A stretch of 64,000 nucleotides of DNA from Campylobacterales bacterium (GTDB lineage Bacteria; Campylobacterota; Campylobacteria; Campylobacterales; QNZT01), in the NCBI GenBank assembly GCA_027023405.1, contig JALVVN010000038.1, positions 19,333-83,332 of the forward strand, written 5' to 3'. Each line of letters begins with the position of its first letter. Position 1 is the stretch's first letter. This document shows positions 59,567 to 64,000 of this stretch, piece after piece. The notes below the pieces were generated by a model. It saw nothing but the letters and a program-made list of their open reading frames with translations, made no database searches and was not told the origin of the DNA. The translations under genes were made by a program, and so were the position numbers.

Positions 59567-61021
59567 ATGAAAGATGAGATAGTCGCATACGAGGAGTTTC
59601 AACCCCTCGAAGTAGAGCGTTATAGAGATAAGCGTTATAAGATTTTATCCATTTGTACGAAATCACTGGATCACTATATGATCAAAAAATTCTTACCCAA
59701 AGAGGAGGGATTTGTCCATTTAGAGGCTCGCACTTTTCATGAAGCACTCAAAATCGTTAGCTATGTGCACATTGATTTGGTTTTAGTTGATGATAGAGTC
59801 GATGAGTTGGATCTTGAAACTATTATGAAAAAGATGGCGGGATTTATCGGCTTGCAACATGTGCCAAAGATTTTTCTCCTATCCAATGAGTATGATCGTG
59901 AGCGTTTTCCAAAATTTAGTAAAAATATTGACTTCTTAAAAAAGCCGATGAGTGAATCGATGCTACGACACCGTGTGATGCTTCATCTTGAACGAGAAGA
60001 TCGTGCAATGTCCAGTCGATCGTTTTTTCGCCAACAAGCCTATCGACAATTTTTCAAAGCAAACCGTTCACTCTCGCTCTATCAAGAGATTTTTGATAAA
60101 AGTGAGCAGATGATGCTGATCTACTCTCCTAAAGAGCAGAAATTTATGGAAGTCAATCAAGCGTTTGAAAACTTTTTTACCAATGTAAGACTGTTGAATC
60201 GTATCTTTTGTAATAAACGCGTGATGAAACAGTTTGTCCCACCGATTGACAATCCCGCTTATCTAAATTACTATCTACCGCAACAGTGGTTCGATGAAGC
60301 ACTTGTCAATCGTGAGTTTCATTTCACACTGCGTGTGCATCTCTCCTATCATGAATATAGTTTTAGTGTCATGGTGGATAGGCTTGAGAGCTATGGTGAA
60401 CCGCTTTATCTGATAAAGTTGATTAGTATGATTGATTATATGCCTTCACACGATCGTCAGAAGAGTGGAAGTGAGATCAAACTTAAAGAGGGAAATCTTG
60501 CTGCATTTAAAGAGGATTTTCTGACGCTGCGATCGTTACTTTATACATCAGATCGACCTTCAAAGAAGGTCGATGAAGCAATCATGCGTTTAAGTTCAAA
60601 ACTCTCTATCGTGTGTGATGACAGCTCTATTGTCGAGGATGGAGAAGATATGTCAAGGCTTAACTTTAGCAAAAAACTTTATGATGCGCTAGAGCAACAC
60701 TCCTATTATCAAGAGGTCACTATCAACTCTCATACACTGGAGGAGTTTGATCCAATTGAAGATCCTATCTTTATTACAGTCGATTCAAAGCAGTTAGATA
60801 CTTTGATTGAACAGCTATTGATTGAGGAAGAACGGGTTGATATCTTACTCTATGAAACGACAGATATGGTGATTATAGAAGTAGCCTATGGTGAAAATAA
60901 AAATTTTGATCAACAAAAGATGAGCGCTGATTTAGAACCGACTCTGACGAAACTAGAAGCAAGTATGGAGATTTATGAGGAGCAACAAAAACATATTATT
61001 GTGATCAATTTACCGAAATAG
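59567..61021 (+). CDS. atypical receiver (pseudo-receiver)-PAS-like protein with a degenerate HATPase-like C-terminus; no recognisable output domain
   Basis: Receiver-like DLVLVDD, FLLSN and KKP, but the N-terminal acidic pair is replaced (ILSICTKS). PAS-like IFDKSEQMMLIYSPKEQKFMEVNQAFENFF. AGGAG Shine-Dalgarno. Confidence 0.6.
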   Translation: MKDEIVAYEEFQPLEVERYRDKRYKILSICTKSLDHYMIKKFLPKEEGFVHLEARTFHEALKIVSYVHIDLVLVDDRVDELDLETIMKKMAGFIGLQHVPKIFLLSNEYDRERFPKFSKNIDFLKKPMSESMLRHRVMLHLEREDRAMSSRSFFRQQAYRQFFKANRSLSLYQEIFDKSEQMMLIYSPKEQKFMEVNQAFENFFTNVRLLNRIFCNKRVMKQFVPPIDNPAYLNYYLPQQWFDEALVNREFHFTLRVHLSYHEYSFSVMVDRLESYGEPLYLIKLISMIDYMPSHDRQKSGSEIKLKEGNLAAFKEDFLTLRSLLYTSDRPSKKVDEAIMRLSSKLSIVCDDSSIVEDGEDMSRLNFSKKLYDALEQHSYYQEVTINSHTLEEFDPIEDPIFITVDSKQLDTLIEQLLIEEERVDILLYETTDMVIIEVAYGENKNFDQQKMSADLEPTLTKLEASMEIYEEQQKHIIVINLPK

Positions 61022-61065
61022 AGTTAAACTTTTCATGAATTATTGAGCAAACTATTATAAAAAAC

Positions 61066-61075
61066 TGTATATAAT
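61066..61075 (+). promoter_or_regulatory. possible extended -10 region TGTATATAAT upstream of the FIST kinase gene
   Basis: TG plus a TATAAT-like hexamer about 45 nt upstream of ATG 61119. The register is ambiguous. Confidence 0.3.
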
Positions 61076-61118
61076 AGCTCTTAAGTTTAATTTATTTAAC
61101 CTTGGAGAGCTTAAGCGT

Positions 61119-63092
61119 ATGAGAACGATACAGACACGATTTCGTAGTGTCGAACGATTAGAACATTTTTTGGAATTACAGCAATTAGAGGATTCCTCCC
61201 AACTCTTGGTGCAGATCTTTGCACCGCTGCGTGACAAAAATCTGGAAAATTTACTCACTTTTTTGATAAAGAGACTCCCTTCAGCAGTGTGTATCGGGAT
61301 GAAAACCCCTTTAGTCATTTTGGAGGGGAAGATACTCTCAAACCAAATTTTGATCACTTTTTCCCAATTTGAAGCATCAGAGATAATTACTGCCAAGCAA
61401 CTATCGCCTGTTGATGCTTTTGAAGCGGGCACTGCTTTGGCGTCACAGCTTTCTCATGAGAGTACTAAAGCGATTCTTCTTTTTGGCAGTGCAATGGAGC
61501 AGAACCATCAACATTTTCTCCAAGGGGTGCGACATCGTGCCGGTGATGCCGTTTTGAGCGGTGGAATAGCGTGTGATGAGAGATTTGAAGATAGTTTTGT
61601 CATTTTAGGTGATGAGATTATCGAAAACGGATATGTCGGTGTCTCGCTAAATGGAGAGAGCCTCTATGCAAAGAACTACTTTTTACATGAGTGGGAACCG
61701 GTCTCAAAAGATTTCAAAGTTACGAAACAAGAGGGTAATCGTCTGATCAAACTCGATGAACAAAGTGCTGCTGAAGTCTATAACCACTATCTGGACAATG
61801 AACTACTTCAAACAATACCCGCTTTGCAGTTACAATTTCCTTTGCTTTATCAGCATCGGGGGCGCTATTTGAGTTTACAGGCGATGAAAGTATTTGAGGA
61901 TGGTAGCCTCTGTTTGAATGCTCCCGCCAAGTTGGAGCAGGATCTTCAGATTGGTTTTGCCAATTTGCAAAGAGCTATCGAGGGATTAACGCAGATGCAT
62001 GAGGCGCTCAAAGATCAGCCCTGTGAGCAAATTTTCCTCTATAGCTCTTTAGCAAGAGTGCGTTATATGCTCCCTTTTCATAAGCAGGAGTTGGCGCGTC
62101 TCAATGATTGTGCTTCGATTTGTGGTGCCTATACGATGGGAGAGTATTTTAGTGATGAGAGTGATACGATACTTTTGAATCATGCCTTGTCGGTGTTGGT
62201 GTTGAGTGAAGAGAGTGTGTCTGCATCTCACTTTCCAAAGGGTTATGAAGTGGTTCCGATTCGATCCGGTGCCTATCAAACTATTCAACGCCTCTCTCAT
62301 ATCTCGCAACTCTCTTCAAAAGAGTTGGAGCTATTAAATAAGAAATTGCAATTTAAAATAGAGGAGCGTTTGAGAGAGATTCGGAAAAAAGAGTCGATTT
62401 TGATTCATCATAATCGCTTGGCACAACTGGGTGAGATGCTAGCGCTCATAGCACACCAGTGGCGACAACCCTTAAGTGCTATCTCGGCAACGGCGACCGG
62501 TATGCAGGTGAAGATTGAACTTGGAGAGTGGGATGAGTCCTATATTTTAGAGTCATTGGGAAATATTGAGAAATATGTCTTACACCTCTCGCGTACCATT
62601 GATGATTTTACCGATTTTTTTAAGCCGAGTAAACGGGCAGAGCAGACTACTATTCGCGCTTTGATTGATCGTGCGCTATTTATAAGCGGAGCACTTTTAA
62701 ATAAAGAGGGGATTGAAGTGATTGTCAAAGTAGAAGATGATATCCCGTTTCGTACCTACTCTAATGAAATTGTACAAGTTTTAATGAATTTTATCAAAAA
62801 TAGTACGAATATTTTAAAAAAGCGCCATATTTCCGATCCACAAATTTTTATCAAGGGATATCGAAAAGAGGGGAATGTCATCATTGAGTTTAGTGATAAC
62901 GGTGGTGGTATCGAAGAATCCATAGTGGATAAGATTTTCGATCCCTACTTCTCTACCAAAGCGGATAGTAAATCGATGGGTCTTGGACTTTATATGTCGA
63001 AGTTTATTGTCGAAGAGAGTTGTGGAGGAGAACTGAGTGTTGAAAATGGCTTGAGAGGTGCGACTTTTAAGATAGTGTTACCTTCTCTTTAG
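61119..63092 (+). CDS. cytoplasmic sensor histidine kinase with FIST_N/FIST_C input domains
   Basis: FIST-like N-terminal 380 aa (…ICGAYTMGEYF…), a coiled coil, H-box LIAHQWRQPLSAIS and HATPase_c (NFIKNS, DNGGGI, GLGLYMS). No TM segment. Confidence 0.8.
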   Translation: MRTIQTRFRSVERLEHFLELQQLEDSSQLLVQIFAPLRDKNLENLLTFLIKRLPSAVCIGMKTPLVILEGKILSNQILITFSQFEASEIITAKQLSPVDAFEAGTALASQLSHESTKAILLFGSAMEQNHQHFLQGVRHRAGDAVLSGGIACDERFEDSFVILGDEIIENGYVGVSLNGESLYAKNYFLHEWEPVSKDFKVTKQEGNRLIKLDEQSAAEVYNHYLDNELLQTIPALQLQFPLLYQHRGRYLSLQAMKVFEDGSLCLNAPAKLEQDLQIGFANLQRAIEGLTQMHEALKDQPCEQIFLYSSLARVRYMLPFHKQELARLNDCASICGAYTMGEYFSDESDTILLNHALSVLVLSEESVSASHFPKGYEVVPIRSGAYQTIQRLSHISQLSSKELELLNKKLQFKIEERLREIRKKESILIHHNRLAQLGEMLALIAHQWRQPLSAISATATGMQVKIELGEWDESYILESLGNIEKYVLHLSRTIDDFTDFFKPSKRAEQTTIRALIDRALFISGALLNKEGIEVIVKVEDDIPFRTYSNEIVQVLMNFIKNSTNILKKRHISDPQIFIKGYRKEGNVIIEFSDNGGGIEESIVDKIFDPYFSTKADSKSMGLGLYMSKFIVEESCGGELSVENGLRGATFKIVLPSL

Positions 63093-63110
63093 TGTTTGTT
63101 AATGAACTCA

Positions 63111-63119
63111 TGTTATAGT
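63111..63119 (+). promoter_or_regulatory. possible extended -10 box TGTTATAGT upstream of the PPIase gene
   Basis: TGnTATAGT lies 35 nt upstream of ATG 63155. AAGGAAA Shine-Dalgarno. Confidence 0.35.
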
Positions 63120-63154
63120 TGTATTTGAAATGATTAAATTTAAAAGGAAAATCT

Positions 63155-63970
63155 ATGAATTTGAAACCACTCTTAATAGGTTCAGCATTGGCTGTCACAC
63201 TCTTGGGAACATCACTCTATGCAAAAAGTTATGCCACAGTAAACGGACACGAGATCGATGATCAAGATATCAAATCGATTTTGGCGGTTGCTCCAGGTAT
63301 AAAGTTTGAATCGCTTCCCAAAGATCAGCAAAAAAAGATTGTAGAGCAGGCGATCGAGAAGCAGCTTTTGATGAAAAAAGCGATCGATTCCGGTATTGAG
63401 AAAGATCCGACTTATCAATCTTCGCTAGAGAAGATGAAAAAGGATTTGGCGTTAGAGATTTGGATGAAAAAAGAGTTTGAGAAGGTGAAGGTGAGCGATA
63501 AAGAGGTGCAAGATTTTTACAAAAAAAATGCACGCATGTTTCAACAACCTGAAATGGTCAAAGCGAAACATATCTTAGTCAAAACGGAAGCTGATGCAAA
63601 AAAAATTATCAATCAGCTCAAAAAAGCGAAAGATGTGAAGGGTGAGTTTGAGAAGTTGGCGGCGTCCAAGTCGATTGGACCTAGTGGACCAAACGGTGGT
63701 GAGCTAGGGTGGTTTGATCGCTCTAAAATGGTGAAGCCTTTTGCAGATGCTGCTTTTAAACTGAAAAAGGGAAGTTTCACACATACACCGGTGAAGACGC
63801 AGTTTGGATATCATGTTATCTATGTCGAAGATAAAAAGGCTGCCAAAACCGTACCTTTGGATAAAGCGAAAGATAAGATCAAACAGACACTCAAAGTGCA
63901 AGCATTTCAAAAACATATGAAAGAGATCGCTAAAGGGCTTAAGGCAAAAGCCGATATTAAAATGAAATAA
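63155..63970 (+). CDS. periplasmic PpiC-type peptidyl-prolyl isomerase / chaperone (PEB4/SurA-like)
   Basis: Signal peptide LLIGSALAVTLLGTSLYA. Parvulin domain KAKHILVKTEADA...GGELGWF...FGYHVIYVEDK. Confidence 0.85.
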   Translation: MNLKPLLIGSALAVTLLGTSLYAKSYATVNGHEIDDQDIKSILAVAPGIKFESLPKDQQKKIVEQAIEKQLLMKKAIDSGIEKDPTYQSSLEKMKKDLALEIWMKKEFEKVKVSDKEVQDFYKKNARMFQQPEMVKAKHILVKTEADAKKIINQLKKAKDVKGEFEKLAASKSIGPSGPNGGELGWFDRSKMVKPFADAAFKLKKGSFTHTPVKTQFGYHVIYVEDKKAAKTVPLDKAKDKIKQTLKVQAFQKHMKEIAKGLKAKADIKMK

Positions 63971-64000
63971 TCTTAATTAAAAGGAATCCTATTCATGTCT

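Noticed and set aside
61055-61432. 125-aa minus-strand ORF covering the start of the FIST kinase gene
   Set aside because: The plus-strand reading gives a coherent FIST_N-like sequence continuous with the rest of the 657-aa kinase. The minus ORF has no Shine-Dalgarno sequence and would leave the kinase truncated.
1-64000. Search for CRISPR arrays, IS elements or transposases, integrases, prophage genes, toxin-antitoxin pairs, restriction-modification or other defence systems, and rRNA genes
   Set aside because: I found no direct-repeat/spacer arrays. No ORF has transposase, integrase, phage-structural or nuclease/helicase defence-type motifs. The only tRNA (Leu) is not flanked by integration scars. 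The window behaves as core chromosome.
63995-64000. ATG at 63995 preceded by AAAGGAA, possibly the start of the next gene
   Set aside because: Only two codons lie inside the window, so no call is possible.

Overview
The window looks like a gene-dense, mostly housekeeping chromosomal segment of a Campylobacterota (epsilonproteobacterium-type) genome. This is an inference from three things. Gene content and order fit: an icd-mdh-sucCD-oorDABC block, a cbpA-hspR pair, a PEB4-like PPIase, an orphan atpE and a futalosine-type nucleosidase. The sequence is AT-rich by eye. The visible promoters are TGnTAtAAT extended -10 boxes with no clear -35. I call about 58 CDS, one tRNA-Leu(GAG), no rRNA, no CRISPR array and no transposase, integrase or phage genes.

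Layout:
- 1-10.4 kb: hemD 3' end, a Cys/Gly-tailed membrane protein, purD, RDD protein, lptD, a long MCE protein, a J-like protein, a PRTase, pnp, atpE and tRNA-Leu.
- 10.4-14.4 kb: selU-selD, a HAD protein and lnt.
- 14.3-24.7 kb: one tightly packed co-directional run, yajC-secD-secF-(membrane ORF)-leuS-lptE-GGDEF-folC-purH.
- 24.7-29.3 kb, minus strand: OmpR-type RR, HK, a degenerate GGDEF-like ORF, a BON/OmpA protein and an HhH membrane protein.
- 29.4-30.7 kb: cbpA-hspR.
- 30.7-40.2 kb, minus strand: DUF721-uvrC-PAS/acidic-repeat protein, then a NIT hybrid kinase translationally coupled to nucleosidase-SDR-GAPDH-like-Sel1.
- 40.3-43.2 kb: nadB and nhaD.
- 43.3-56.5 kb: TCA-cycle block acnB-mltG-icd-mdh-fumC-sucCD-oorDABC.
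- 56.5-64 kb: an MTase-fold ORF, ycjX-ycjF, a pseudo-receiver protein, a FIST histidine kinase and a PpiC-type PPIase.

I found no clear-cut novel multi-gene system such as a defence island. These items seem most worth a second look:
- A roughly 188-nt, plus-strand-specific structured RNA candidate with 6S-like architecture just upstream of purD.
- A 165-bp element bounded by a perfect 23-bp inverted repeat between pnp and atpE.
- Three genes with identical TGnTAtAnT-N6-ATG geometry, which suggests leaderless mRNAs. One of them sits in a perfect 17-bp palindromic bidirectional -10 element.
- An MCE protein with a helical stalk and a beta-rich C-terminal module, translationally coupled to lptD.
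- The coupled kinase-nucleosidase-SDR-GAPDH-like-Sel1 operon.
- A pseudo-receiver plus FIST-kinase pair with no obvious output domain.

All homology statements come from reading motifs by eye. No database search was run.
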